From assembly GCA_963716725.1 (NCBI GenBank), contig CAVQUB010000022.1:1-64000 (forward strand): 64,000 nucleotides of DNA, given 5' to 3'. The DNA comes from an uncultured delta proteobacterium (lineage in GTDB: Bacteria > Myxococcota_A > Polyangia > Polyangiales > Polyangiaceae). A program made the position numbers and the translations under genes. Positions 52,196-63,766 of the stretch are shown piece after piece (positions within the stretch are counted from its first letter, which is position 1; each line of letters starts with the position of its first letter). The notes under the pieces are model-generated. The model saw only the letters and a program-made list of their open reading frames with translations. It ran no database searches and had not been told where the DNA came from.

Positions 52196-53131
52196 ATGGC
52201 CACGGACTTCTATTCCGAGCTCGGTGTCGAAAAGACCGCCAGCCCCGAGGAAATCAAAAAGGCTTTTCGAAAGCTGGCGGTGAAGCTGCACCCCGATCGC
52301 CACCCCGACGACAAGAAGATCGAGGCGCGTTTCAAGGTCGTGAACCGCGCCTACGGCGTGCTCAGCGACGCGAAGCAACGCAAGCTCTACGACGAGTTCG
52401 GCGAAGAGGGGCTGCGCGAAGGCTTCAACGCCAACGCCGCGCGGGCCTACCGGCGCGCGGCGCGGGGCGGCGGGCGCGGCCGGGCGAGTCAGGGCTTCTC
52501 CCTCGAGGACATCCTGAGCGGCGGCGGAAATGGTGGCGGGATCGGCGAGATGTTCGGCGATCTCTTCGGTCAAGGGCGTGGTCGGGCGCGCGCGGCCCGG
52601 GGCTCAGACGTCGCTGCCGAAGTGACGGTGGATTTCGTGAGCGCGATCCGCGGGTCGATGCTCAGCCTGCGAGTGCAAGAAGGCGGCGGCGAGGTCAGCG
52701 TTCGCGTGCCGTCCGGCGCCGGCGATGGCGACAAGGTTCGAGTGGCCGGCCATGGCTCGCCGGGCATGGGCGGTGGCAAGCCGGGCGATCTGGTGCTGAC
52801 CATCCGCGTGACGCCGCATCCCGTATTCGAGCGCCGTGGCCTCGATCTCCACCTCGACCTTCCGATCACCGTGGGCGAGGCGCACCGCGGCGCGAAGGTC
52901 CGCGTTCCCACGCCGGACGGCGAGGTCAGCCTCACCGTGCCGAAGCGCGCCCAGAGTGGAAAGGTCGTTCGACTTGGCAAGAAGGGCGTGAAGCGCGGCG
53001 CCCAGCACGGTGACCTCTACGTTCGCTTTCTGGTGATGCTGCCCGCCGGCGAATCGGCGGATATCGAACGCGCGGTGGAGTTGCTGGAGTCCGCCACGCA
53101 GGCGGATCTGCGCGCCGGCATCCACTTCTGA
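52196..53131 (+). CDS. DnaJ-class chaperone (CbpA-like, no zinc finger)
   Basis: J domain with HPD; C-terminal DnaJ domain with GDL motifs. Confidence 0.9.
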   Translation: MATDFYSELGVEKTASPEEIKKAFRKLAVKLHPDRHPDDKKIEARFKVVNRAYGVLSDAKQRKLYDEFGEEGLREGFNANAARAYRRAARGGGRGRASQGFSLEDILSGGGNGGGIGEMFGDLFGQGRGRARAARGSDVAAEVTVDFVSAIRGSMLSLRVQEGGGEVSVRVPSGAGDGDKVRVAGHGSPGMGGGKPGDLVLTIRVTPHPVFERRGLDLHLDLPITVGEAHRGAKVRVPTPDGEVSLTVPKRAQSGKVVRLGKKGVKRGAQHGDLYVRFLVMLPAGESADIERAVELLESATQADLRAGIHF

Positions 53132-53165
53132 TGCGCTCCTGATGGGCCCGACTTGGCCACGGACT

Positions 53166-54326
<1,161 letters not shown>

Positions 54327-54364
54327 GTCGGACTCTACCACATCGGATGGAAAGGGACTCGGCG

Positions 54365-55744
54365 CTAGTCGGTGCTGCCCGAGCCGCTGTCGCCCGAGCC
54401 GCTGTCGCCCGAGCCGCTGTCGCCCGAGCCGCTGTCGCCCGAGCCGCTGTCGCCCGAGCCGCTGTCGCCCGAGCCGCTGTCGCTGGGACCGTCGTCGTCG
54501 GTGTCGTCGTCGGTGCCGTCGTCGTCGTCGGTGCCGTCGTCGTCGTCGGTGTCGTCGTCGTCGTCGGTGTCGTCGTCGTCGTCGGTGTCGTCGGTGTCGT
54601 CGTCCTTCTCGCGCTTCGGCGATCCGGCGCGCGCCGCCTCTGCGCCAGCGTCCTCCTCGTCGTCGCGCCGTCCCAGAAACGCCACGGCGCCCATCGCCGC
54701 CGCGATGATCGCGGCGAACACGCCTCCGGGGATCCCCTTGCCTTCGTCGCCGCGTCCAGCCTGATCGAAGGCCTCGCGGAACACCGCTTCGTCCTGAAGC
54801 CCGATCAGCTGGCGGTGGCCGACCCAGGTCGTTGGCAGTCCCTGAAAGCCCGCTTCGCGGAGGGTCTTGCCCTCACGTTCGATGCGCTCGGAGGTGGTGC
54901 TGGCCTGCATGCAAGCATCGAAGGCCTTCGGGTCGACGCCCACGTCCACGGCGAGACGCCGGATGTTGGGCATCGAGAGGTTGTCGTCGTCAAACAGCCG
55001 ATCGGCCATCTCGTCGCCTTTGGCCTGCGCTTCGGCGCACACCGCGGCCTTGGCCGCGTCGAGCGCCCGCGTGTGCCTCGGCAGCGGCATGTTCAGGCGT
55101 ACGAAGTTCACGCGTCCCTCGTACTCCTTCACCAGCTTCTTCAGCCGTGGGTGCAACGCTCGGCAGAACGGGCACTCGAAGTCGGCGAACTCGACGACGT
55201 TGATCTTACCCTTTTGGTAGTAGCTGGCGATGCCGGGTGGGATCGGCAGGTTGGGCCGAAAGCTCGGCCAGATCAGCGGCGCCCCGACGGCGGCGGCGGC
55301 GAAGCACACCCACGCCCAGCCCATGAATGGGTCTCGCGCAGTGGGGCCCCGCGAGTGCACCCAGGCTGCAAATGCCGCGACGAGTGCGGACACATCGACG
55401 ACCACGCAGAGCACGCAGAACTCGCGGATCACGAAGGCTTGGACCGCGATGAAGATGGCGGCCAAAACGCCGCCGAGCGCGGCCATGGGGAAGACCCACT
55501 TGGCGAGCTCGCGGGAGAGCGAGACCACCAAGAGCCCCGCGAAGCCGGCGATACCGATGGCCGGCACCGGGACCTGGCCGCCGAACAAATAGCCCCAGCC
55601 GCTCGCTCGCACCGCGGAGCAACCCGAGCCCGGACTGCAGAACGAAGGGTTGTAGCTCACGTAGTCGATGAGCAGCGCGCCGCTGACGCCAAGCGCGACC
55701 AGCGCAGCGAGGCGCATGACTACGAGCCAGAGGGCGAATCGCAC
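54365..55744 (-). CDS. VKOR-DsbA fusion with acidic low-complexity C-terminal tail
   Basis: C...SGC..V and FCVLC (VKOR); DFECPFC and G.PT (DsbA); TM segment then D/T- and DSGSG-rich tail. Confidence 0.85.
   Translation of the reverse strand: MRFALWLVVMRLAALVALGVSGALLIDYVSYNPSFCSPGSGCSAVRASGWGYLFGGQVPVPAIGIAGFAGLLVVSLSRELAKWVFPMAALGGVLAAIFIAVQAFVIREFCVLCVVVDVSALVAAFAAWVHSRGPTARDPFMGWAWVCFAAAAVGAPLIWPSFRPNLPIPPGIASYYQKGKINVVEFADFECPFCRALHPRLKKLVKEYEGRVNFVRLNMPLPRHTRALDAAKAAVCAEAQAKGDEMADRLFDDDNLSMPNIRRLAVDVGVDPKAFDACMQASTTSERIEREGKTLREAGFQGLPTTWVGHRQLIGLQDEAVFREAFDQAGRGDEGKGIPGGVFAAIIAAAMGAVAFLGRRDDEEDAGAEAARAGSPKREKDDDTDDTDDDDDTDDDDDTDDDDGTDDDDGTDDDTDDDGPSDSGSGDSGSGDSGSGDSGSGDSGSGDSGSGDSGSGSTD
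54378..54482. repeat. 15-bp coding tandem repeat x7 (DSGSG)
   Basis: CCCGAGCCGCTGTCG units. Confidence 0.92.
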
Positions 55745-55827
55745 GGTCGGGCCATACTACTCGGAATCTGTGGCGAGTTGTCCGTTTTGCCGGCGACGGC
55801 GGGGGCGCCCCGGGCTATGCCCGGCGC

Positions 55828-58293
55828 ATGGCAAAACCCCTGCCTTCGCGCGGAGAGATTGCGAACGCATTGCACCAGGCGGCGGGACCTCTGCACGCAC
55901 GCGAGATCGCGACCCGACTCGGAGTGGATGAGGCCGCTTACTCTCGCCTGCTGACGCTGCTCGATCAGCTGAGCCTCGACGGAACCATCAAGCCCATCGC
56001 CGGGCAGCGATTCAAGGCCCAGCGGCGGCCCGACGGCGGGGGCGTCACCTGGGAGGGCATGCTCAGCGTGAACCCGCGGGGGTTCGGCTTCGTTTCCGCG
56101 GTCGGACACGACGACGTGTACATCGCCCCCGACGGCATCGGTGGCGCGATGCACGGCGATCGCGTGCAGGTCACTCAGATCGGCCGCACCCCCCGCGGCG
56201 CAGAGGGCCGCATCGATTCCATCGTCAAGCGCCGCAGTCCTCGTCTCGCCGGAGTGCTCCGGCGCAAGGGCAAGAGCGCGTGGCTCGAGCCCGACGACGC
56301 GCGGGTGCGTGGACCGATCGTGGTGTCGAACTTGGGCCGCGAGGCCAAAGACGGCGATGCTGCCGTGGTCAGCATCACGCGCTTTCCCGAGCTTCCGAAG
56401 GAAAACGCGGAGGCGGAACTGGTTGCGGTGCTGGGTGCTCCCGGGGATCCAGTGGTGGAGGTCGAAAAGATCTTGCTGCGCGAGCAGATCGAAGAAGAGC
56501 ACCCCGAGGGCGCGCTGCGCGAAGCCGAGGCCATGGCCGCGAAGCTCTCGCGCTTGCAGGCGGATGGGCGCGTCGATCTCCGGCACGTGCCGCTGCCGAC
56601 CATCGATCCCGAAGACGCTCGGGATCACGACGACGCCGTCTGGGTCGAGCGCGCGGGTGAGGGCTACCGCGCCTACGTCGCCATCGCGGACGTGAGCGAA
56701 TACGTGCAGCCGGGCACGGAGCTCGACGCTGAAGCACGCGCTCGCGGCTGCACGATTTACCTGCCAGATCGCGCGATTCCCATGCTGCCTGGGGCCCTGG
56801 CTTCGGATCTCTGCTCGCTCATGCCCGAGGCCGAGCGCCTGTGCCTGTGTGTGATCGTGGATCTCGACCGCGGCGGGGTCGTCAAAAAGTACGAGATCGT
56901 CGAGGGCCTGATGCGGTCCCACGCCATGCTCACGTATCCCGGCGTCGCCCGCGCCCTCGGGTTCACCGAGACGCCGCCGAGGAGCGCTCAGGCCGAGCAC
57001 ATGAAGAAGGACCTGCGCGTCTTGGACGAGCTCGCGCGCAAGCTTCGCAAGCGGCGCCTGGCGCGCGGCGCTCTAGATCTGGATTTGCCCGAGGCCAAGG
57101 TCGTGCTCGATGAGCAGACCGGGGAACCGGTCAACGTGACGCGCCGGGCGCAAGATCCCGGGATCAAGCGCGCCTATCAAATGATCGAAGAGCTGATGCT
57201 GCTGGCCAACGAGGTCGTGGCCGAGTGGCTCGGTTCGCGCCGTTGCCCGGCCATCTATCGCGTGCACGACAAGCCCGACGAGACCAAGCTCGCGCGCCTG
57301 GGGGCCTGCGCGGAGACCATCGGCGTCGACCTCGCCACTGACGACCTGCTCGAGCCCCGAGGCGTCACGGAGTTCTTGGCTCGCATCCAGGAGCACGAGA
57401 AGAAACAGGTGCTCGAGATGTTGCTGCTGCGCTCACTCAAGCAAGCGCAGTACGACATCGCCAACATCGGGCATTTCGGTCTGGCATCGACGGCGTATCT
57501 GCACTTCACCTCGCCCATCCGTCGCTACCCCGATCTGGTCGTGCACCGCGCCGTCAAGCACGTGCTGCGCGGCGGCAAGATCGACATTTCTCCCAGTGGT
57601 ATCGAAGATTTACGCATGGCGGCGACGTCGGCCAGCACCCGGGAAAGGGCAGCGATGCTGGTCGAACGCGAGGTCGTGGACCTGTACCGCGCGCTCTTCA
57701 TGCGCACGCGCATCGGGGACGTATTCGAGGGCACTGTCACCGCCATCGTCGGCAGCGGGCTCTTCGTGGCGCTGGACGAGCCCTTCGTCGACGTGATGGT
57801 GCGCTTCGAGGTGCTCGGCCCGGATCACTACGAAGCAAGCGAGGACGAGCTCTCGGTCGTGGGAGTGCGTTCCGGCGATCGAGTCATGCTGGGTGATCGC
57901 ATGGTTGTCGAGATCGAAGACGTGGCCGTGCTTCGGCGCATGACCATGGCGAAGCGCGTGATCCCGGAGCGGACGTTGCGGGAGATGGGTCGCGCTGGAG
58001 ACGGAGGCCGGGGACGCCGGGGATCTGGTCGCGACGCGCCGGCGCGGGGCCGGGCCGATCGGGGTCCATCCGGGCGCGGTGGTCCGGGCAAGGCCGATGC
58101 GCCCGCGGCCGGCTCGAGCAGGGGTGGCAAGGGTCGGAAGGCCAGCGGATCGTCCGGCGCTCCGCCGAAACGCGGCGGCGGCGGCGGACCGTCGAAAGGC
58201 GGCGGCGGCGGTGGAGGCGGACCGTCGAAACGCAGTGGCGGCGGTGGTGGAGGCGGCGGTCGCGGGAAGAAGCCGGGCGGACGCCGGCGCTGA
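55828..58293 (+). CDS. rnr: Ribonuclease R
   Basis: GFGFV CSD, TIDP..ARDHDDA, HFTSPIRRYPDL, S1 domain, basic Gly-rich tail. Confidence 0.93.
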   Translation: MAKPLPSRGEIANALHQAAGPLHAREIATRLGVDEAAYSRLLTLLDQLSLDGTIKPIAGQRFKAQRRPDGGGVTWEGMLSVNPRGFGFVSAVGHDDVYIAPDGIGGAMHGDRVQVTQIGRTPRGAEGRIDSIVKRRSPRLAGVLRRKGKSAWLEPDDARVRGPIVVSNLGREAKDGDAAVVSITRFPELPKENAEAELVAVLGAPGDPVVEVEKILLREQIEEEHPEGALREAEAMAAKLSRLQADGRVDLRHVPLPTIDPEDARDHDDAVWVERAGEGYRAYVAIADVSEYVQPGTELDAEARARGCTIYLPDRAIPMLPGALASDLCSLMPEAERLCLCVIVDLDRGGVVKKYEIVEGLMRSHAMLTYPGVARALGFTETPPRSAQAEHMKKDLRVLDELARKLRKRRLARGALDLDLPEAKVVLDEQTGEPVNVTRRAQDPGIKRAYQMIEELMLLANEVVAEWLGSRRCPAIYRVHDKPDETKLARLGACAETIGVDLATDDLLEPRGVTEFLARIQEHEKKQVLEMLLLRSLKQAQYDIANIGHFGLASTAYLHFTSPIRRYPDLVVHRAVKHVLRGGKIDISPSGIEDLRMAATSASTRERAAMLVEREVVDLYRALFMRTRIGDVFEGTVTAIVGSGLFVALDEPFVDVMVRFEVLGPDHYEASEDELSVVGVRSGDRVMLGDRMVVEIEDVAVLRRMTMAKRVIPERTLREMGRAGDGGRGRRGSGRDAPARGRADRGPSGRGGPGKADAPAAGSSRGGKGRKASGSSGAPPKRGGGGGPSKGGGGGGGGPSKRSGGGGGGGGRGKKPGGRRR

Positions 58294-58473
58294 AGGTCTG
58301 TCGAAGAATGGCGGAGCGCAAGCCGGCGGAGCCGGCCCACCCCGTCGGGTATCGCGAAGCGCGTCGCGTGGGGTGGGGCCCCAACGAATTCACTTCGGTG
58401 GGGCGGGGAGGCGCGTGCCTCCCCGATGACAAAGTGAAAGAGCTGTTGAATTTTCGACAGCTCTCGAGTCGCT

Positions 58474-59778
58474 TCAGCGGGGCGTCAGGCGGTCGGTGCC
58501 CATGAAGGGCCGCAGCGCTTCGGGGATCACGACGCTGCCGTCTTTTTGCTGAAACTGCTCGAGAATCGCGACGAGCGTGCGCCCGACGGCGAGACCCGAG
58601 CCGTTCAAGGTGTGCACGAAGCGCGGCTTGCCCTTGGCGTCGGCGCGATAGCGGATGCGGGCGCGACGTGCTTGGTAGTCCGCGAACCAGGAGCAGCTCG
58701 AGATCTCGCGGTAGGCGTTCTGCGATGGCAGCCAGACCTCGAGATCGTAGGTCTTCACCGAGCTGAAACCGAGGTCCGCGGCGCACAGCGACACCACGCG
58801 GTAGTGCAGGCCGAGGCGCTTCAGGACGTTTTCGGCGTGTCCGGTGAGCAGCTCGAGTTCTTGCTCACCGCGATCGGGCGGCACGAAGCGTACGACCTCC
58901 ACCTTGTCGAACTGGTGCTGGCGGATCAACCCGCGCACGTCTTTGCCGTACGATCCAGCCTCGCTGCGAAAGCAAGGCGTGTAGGCCGCGTAGGCCAGTG
59001 GCAGCTTGTCGCCCTCGAGGATCTCTTCGGCGTGCAGGTTGGTGACGGGCACTTCCGCGGTCGGGATCAGGTAGAGCGCATCGGGATCCTCGGGATCGTT
59101 CCGGAAGGTCTTGAACAGATCCGCTTCGAACTTCGGCAACTGGCCAGTGCCGCGGAGGGCGCTGCCCTTGACCAAGAATGGCGGATAAACCTCGGTGTAA
59201 CCGTGCTCGCGGGTGTGCAGATCGAGCATGAGCGTGACCAGCGCGCGCTCCAGTCGAGCGCCCATGCCCCACAGCACGCTGAAGCGTGCGCCGGAAAGCT
59301 TCGCTGCGCGTTCGAAGTCCAGGATGCCGAGCGCCGCGCCGATTTCCCAGTGCGGCCTGGGCTCGAAATCGTAGCTGGGCATCTCGCCCCAGGTTCGCCG
59401 CACCGGATTGTCGTCGGCACTCTTGCCGTCCGGCGTCGAGGCGTGGGGGATGTTGGGGATGGAGAGCAGGTGCTCTTCGACCTCGAGCTCGGTCCGAGCG
59501 AGCTCTTCCTCGAGCGCTTTGATCTGACCTGACAGCTCCTTGAGCTCGTCGCGGCGGGCGGCGAAGGCGGTCTTGTCGCCGCCCTTCGCCAGCTTGGCCA
59601 TCTCCTCGTTGGCGGCGTTGCGCCGAGCTTGCAGCGCCTCCGTCTTGCCGATCGACTCGCGCCTGCGCTCGAAGGCCGGTCCCACCGGTTCGAGTAACGC
59701 GGCGGTGGCCGGCGAACGGCGTGAGAGCCCCGCGCGAGCTTCATCCAAGTGATCTGCGACCCAGCGACCGTCCAGCAT
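58474..59778 (-). CDS. serS: Seryl-tRNA synthetase
   Basis: [28 protein letters not shown] and [12 protein letters not shown] motifs. Confidence 0.97.
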   Translation of the reverse strand: MLDGRWVADHLDEARAGLSRRSPATAALLEPVGPAFERRRESIGKTEALQARRNAANEEMAKLAKGGDKTAFAARRDELKELSGQIKALEEELARTELEVEEHLLSIPNIPHASTPDGKSADDNPVRRTWGEMPSYDFEPRPHWEIGAALGILDFERAAKLSGARFSVLWGMGARLERALVTLMLDLHTREHGYTEVYPPFLVKGSALRGTGQLPKFEADLFKTFRNDPEDPDALYLIPTAEVPVTNLHAEEILEGDKLPLAYAAYTPCFRSEAGSYGKDVRGLIRQHQFDKVEVVRFVPPDRGEQELELLTGHAENVLKRLGLHYRVVSLCAADLGFSSVKTYDLEVWLPSQNAYREISSCSWFADYQARRARIRYRADAKGKPRFVHTLNGSGLAVGRTLVAILEQFQQKDGSVVIPEALRPFMGTDRLTPR

Positions 59779-59804
59779 GGCGCCGGTCTTCTAGCCAATT
59801 TGAG

Positions 59805-60335
59805 TCAGGGCGTCATCATCACGCCGACACCGATGGACACTCCTCCGCGCGAGCGTCGCACGTAGTCGCGCACCCAAAGCACGTGCGAAACCAGGGTGCA
59901 GGTGCGCTTTTGGGGACCTTCGCAGCCGTACCAGACGCCGGCGTCGTGACGATCGCCTTCTTCGTCGAAGCGCACGACCTGCCCGTTTGGCATGAGCGCG
60001 AGCCAGGCCGCGGCCGAGCCTGGGGGAGCTGCGTTGGTATGTCCGATGCGCCCGAGCAATACGTTGTCCGGGCCACCGACGTGCCCGTCGGGGAGCAAGA
60101 TGGCGACCGGCTCGTAGTCTTTGTCGACCACGCGCCCGGCGCGATCGAGCACGAAGAGCAATGAGCCGTCTTCGGTGACCTTGCCGTCAGCGTGGATCTG
60201 GATCGAGTCGTCGTCGGGGCGATCCCAGCGCGCCGGAGCGATGACCAGCGGCGTGCCTCCCTCTTGCCAGCGCGGCGGAGGGTTCGCCGAGCATCCGAGC
60301 ATGCTCACCGCGAGAAGTGCGTAGACGCTGCGCAT
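59805..60335 (-). CDS. Putative lipoprotein
   Basis: Signal ending MLGC; GC3-rich ORF. Confidence 0.65.
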   Translation of the reverse strand: MRSVYALLAVSMLGCSANPPPRWQEGGTPLVIAPARWDRPDDDSIQIHADGKVTEDGSLLFVLDRAGRVVDKDYEPVAILLPDGHVGGPDNVLLGRIGHTNAAPPGSAAAWLALMPNGQVVRFDEEGDRHDAGVWYGCEGPQKRTCTLVSHVLWVRDYVRRSRGGVSIGVGVMMTP

Positions 60336-60415
60336 GCGGCCGAGGATAGCGTGCCTCTGGGCTGGACGCTCGCGCGCCCCCGGATTGTTGGCCGACGCGG
60401 CGCGCGAGGCCTGAA

Positions 60416-61123
60416 ATGCGCGGCGAGGTCAACGTGAATCCCTTCAACGCCGCGTGCTCGGAGTTCCCCAACGACAACCCCGCCCTTCATGAGGGAACGG
60501 CGTGGGTGGTGCTGAGCACGGTGGGGCGACCCCGGGCCGTCAAACGCCCGCCCCCTTCAGAGCCTAGCGCGCAGCCTGCCCGCGCCGCTGAGTCGTTCGC
60601 GACTGAAGCCGTCCCGCCGACGCAGAGGGCAGCGGAACCGCGGGCGGAACGCGCCCGAGCCGGCGCGGCGCTCGCGTCCGATTCCGGCTCTCCAGCGCAG
60701 CTGACAGCGGAGCCCGACGGGCCGGACGCCTTCTCGCAGTTCGTGGCGTTGCTGAGCAAGGTCGCCCTCGCGTCGGGCGCGACCCGGGCTGCCGCGGTCC
60801 TGCCGGACTTCGTCTCGGGGCGGGTGATCGAGCGGTCGGCGTTGGGCGAAAGCCTCTGCGTGGGTCTCATTGAAAGCGGGCACGCGATTCACAACGGCGC
60901 CGGCATCGAGATGAGCGACCAGGTCGGATCGACGGCGCGGGCCTGGCGCGGGGTGCTGTCGGGGCAGTCCGAAGATCTGTCGGTCTGCGAGGAGACGCTC
61001 GATTGCTGGAGCGCCGACCTGGTGGCGGCGCTTGCCGGTTCGCCCGTGCGAGCGGCCGAGTTCCGCAAGGAGCTGCGTCGCTTCGGTGTCGCCGCCTTTG
61101 GCTTGCTCGCCGACGCGGCGTGA
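60416..61123 (+). CDS. Hypothetical protein
   Basis: Fills the gap between flanking genes; plausible helical C-domain; start uncertain. Confidence 0.55.
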   Translation: MRGEVNVNPFNAACSEFPNDNPALHEGTAWVVLSTVGRPRAVKRPPPSEPSAQPARAAESFATEAVPPTQRAAEPRAERARAGAALASDSGSPAQLTAEPDGPDAFSQFVALLSKVALASGATRAAAVLPDFVSGRVIERSALGESLCVGLIESGHAIHNGAGIEMSDQVGSTARAWRGVLSGQSEDLSVCEETLDCWSADLVAALAGSPVRAAEFRKELRRFGVAAFGLLADAA

Positions 61124-61176
61124 GCATTCCGCATGGACCACTGAGCATTCGTGCGCTTCGTGCCCGCAGGAAAGGC

Positions 61177-62766
61177 TCAATTGCAGGGCGTTGGCTTCAT
61201 CACCTTGAGGTCACCCTCGATGACCTCTTTGTAACAGATCTGCGCGGCCGGCTTGCCGGCGCTCGGCGCGACGAGCTTGATGTTCACGGCTTGGTCGCCC
61301 TTGGCCTGGACCTTTGCGCTGCCCCGGAGCGCGCCCTTCTTGGCCTCGAGGGACAAGCGTGCGTCCTTCTGCACGTCGATGTCGCAAGGGGTCTCGTCGC
61401 AGATCTGAAAGCCGTCTTTCGTCACTACGGCGCCTGGCGGCTCGGTGACGATGCTGAGGCGCACGGTCGCGGCGGGTGCCACCACCGCGCTGGGGGTGAC
61501 CGAAGGCGCCGGCGGGGCGGTCTCCACCGGGGGCACCGTCGCGCTCGTGACGATGGTGGCTGGCACTTCGTGGGTCAAAGCGGGTGCTGCGGCTGGCATG
61601 AGCTTGACGGCCGCGGCGGCGCCGCCGCCGATCACGGCCAGCACCCCGAAGGCGATCCAGATGCCCTTGGACGTTTGGCGCATCGGGATTGCCGCCCGCG
61701 TCATTCCCACCGGCATCGTGTCGGCGCGGGCGACCTGTTCCCGCTCGACCTGCGGGGGGGTGGACGTACGCTCGGGCTCGGAGCCGATGGTTGTCTCCGA
61801 CGTCATCGCCGCGCGGTGGAAGTCCGCCATCGACACCCCCGGGAGCGCGCTCTTGCGGGCCAGCGGGTCGAGGGCTGAGGCTTCCGGCGTGGTCATCAGC
61901 GCCGACGCCAGCTCGCGCATGGACTGAAAGCGCTCGTCCGGGTTCTTGGCCAGCGCTTTTGAGATGATCGCCTCGAGCTCCGGCGACACCACGACGTCGG
62001 GGTTGAGCGTCCGCATGGGCGGGAGCGGAGCGGTCATGTGCGCGTTGAGCACCGCAAAGAAGGTGTCCCCGGTGAAGGGCACCGCGCCCGTCAGCATCTC
62101 GAAGAGGATGATGCCGGTCGCGTAGATGTCGACGCGGAGATCGGCCTGTTTGCCCGCGGCTTGCTCCGGAGACATGTACTCGGGCGTCCCGAAGATCATG
62201 CCGGTGCGGGTCAGGCGACGACGCGACGTCTCGGTGGCGGCGGCCTCTTCGGTGGAGCGAAGCTGGGCGATCCCGAAGTCGACGATCTTGACGGTCTCTT
62301 CGCCGTCGGCGGTCACTTGCAGAAAGACGTTCTCGGGTTTGAGGTCGCGATGCACGACCCCCTTGGCGTGCGCCACCGCCAGCGCCTTGCAGACCTGCAA
62401 GATCACGCGCAGCGCCCGCTCCGCGCTGATCGCACGGGAGCGTTCGAGCTCGTCCGCGAGATCGGCGCCCTCGAGGAACTCCATCGCCAGGAAGAAGCAG
62501 CCGTTCTCGATCTCCCCGAAATCGAAGACGTCGAGCACGTTGGGGTGCTTGATACGGGACGCGCTGATCGCCTCCCGCTGGAAGCGCGTCACGAGGTCGG
62601 CCTTGGCGGAGTACTCCGGCCGGAGGACCTTGATGGCCACCTTCTTCTCGATGGCCTCGTGTTCGGCCAGGTAGACGGTGCCCATGCCGCCTTGGCCCAG
62701 GCGCTGCAATACGCGGTATCGCCCCGCGACGAGCTGTCCGATCAGCTCGTCGGGCTGGCTCGCCAT
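61177..62766 (-). CDS. Membrane Ser/Thr protein kinase with C-terminal PEGA-like domain
   Basis: GQGGMG.VY, VAIK, HRDLKPEN, DFG and GTPEYMSPE motifs; TM segment; TEPPGA.V. Confidence 0.93.
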   Translation of the reverse strand: MASQPDELIGQLVAGRYRVLQRLGQGGMGTVYLAEHEAIEKKVAIKVLRPEYSAKADLVTRFQREAISASRIKHPNVLDVFDFGEIENGCFFLAMEFLEGADLADELERSRAISAERALRVILQVCKALAVAHAKGVVHRDLKPENVFLQVTADGEETVKIVDFGIAQLRSTEEAAATETSRRRLTRTGMIFGTPEYMSPEQAAGKQADLRVDIYATGIILFEMLTGAVPFTGDTFFAVLNAHMTAPLPPMRTLNPDVVVSPELEAIISKALAKNPDERFQSMRELASALMTTPEASALDPLARKSALPGVSMADFHRAAMTSETTIGSEPERTSTPPQVEREQVARADTMPVGMTRAAIPMRQTSKGIWIAFGVLAVIGGGAAAAVKLMPAAAPALTHEVPATIVTSATVPPVETAPPAPSVTPSAVVAPAATVRLSIVTEPPGAVVTKDGFQICDETPCDIDVQKDARLSLEAKKGALRGSAKVQAKGDQAVNIKLVAPSAGKPAAQICYKEVIEGDLKVMKPTPCN

Positions 62767-62890
62767 GGGCGTCCGCCCTTGATCCATGCTGTCCACGTGA
62801 GGCTTCCGTAACCATACCGTCGGGGGTCGCGGGACGCCAAGAAGAGATGAACCGCCTTGCATGGCGGCGTTTTGCTACGCTGGCGAGTCC

Positions 62891-63766
62891 ATGGTCATCG
62901 TCATGGAGCCCAACGCGCCGGAGCCCGCCGTCGAGGCGGTGATCTCGTTCTTGGTCGCCGCTGGCTTCGACGTGCATCGCTCGAGCGGGCAAACGCGCAC
63001 GCTGCTCGGTGTCGTCGGAGACGTGACGGAGCAACACGTCGCCGTGGCAAAGGATCTGGAATGGGTCACTGACGTGGTGCGAGTCAGCGAACCCTTTCGG
63101 CTGGCATCACGGCGGTTTCGCGAAGCTTCTACCGTCGTCGAGGGCGCCTGGGGCAGCATCGGCGGCGAGCGTCCGTGGATCGCCATCGAGCCCATCGGGC
63201 TCGGCGGCGAGAACGGCGACGAGCACGCGCCGACTTCGAGCGAACATGGCTACGCCGTGGCGGCGGGACGCCCCTTCGACGCCGCCGTGAGTCGTGCGCG
63301 CGTGGCGCCGGAGAACGTCGGATCGCTGGCCTGTTTGCCGCTCAGCGTGAGCGCGGCAGCGCCGACCCAGGTGAAGTTCGTGGAACGGGTGCCGAGCTGG
63401 GGCGCCAACAAGTGGATAGGCGCAGCCGAACGCGAGCTCGAGCGTCGCGAAGCCGGAGTCGTGCTGCTGGAGGCCGGCGGTGAATACCCGAACGGGGCCC
63501 GCACGCTCGAGGTGGCGGCCATCGCTCGGGCCAAGATCCGCACGCATTTGCCGATCGTGGTGGACGTTGCGAGCATCGCGCAGCGCAGTCGTTACTCCAC
63601 GGCGGTGGCCTGCGCTGCCATCGGCGCCGGCGCCGATGGGGTGATCTTGCGCGTTTGGGTCGGAAAAGCCGGCGTCCTGAGCTCCGTGCCCGCGACCCTG
63701 GGCTGGGCCGAGGCAGTGGACCTCGCTGATCGTCTGCGCGCGGTGGGCGCAGCCGTGCGGCGATGA
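62891..63766 (+). CDS. DAHP synthase (type I-beta)-like protein with degenerate active site
   Basis: Ferredoxin-like N-terminus (MVIVM...HRSSG..RTLLGVVGD..VRVSEPF.LASR); R.TL, THLPIVVD and GADG motifs; catalytic motifs missing. Confidence 0.7.
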   Translation: MVIVMEPNAPEPAVEAVISFLVAAGFDVHRSSGQTRTLLGVVGDVTEQHVAVAKDLEWVTDVVRVSEPFRLASRRFREASTVVEGAWGSIGGERPWIAIEPIGLGGENGDEHAPTSSEHGYAVAAGRPFDAAVSRARVAPENVGSLACLPLSVSAAAPTQVKFVERVPSWGANKWIGAAERELERREAGVVLLEAGGEYPNGARTLEVAAIARAKIRTHLPIVVDVASIAQRSRYSTAVACAAIGAGADGVILRVWVGKAGVLSSVPATLGWAEAVDLADRLRAVGAAVRR

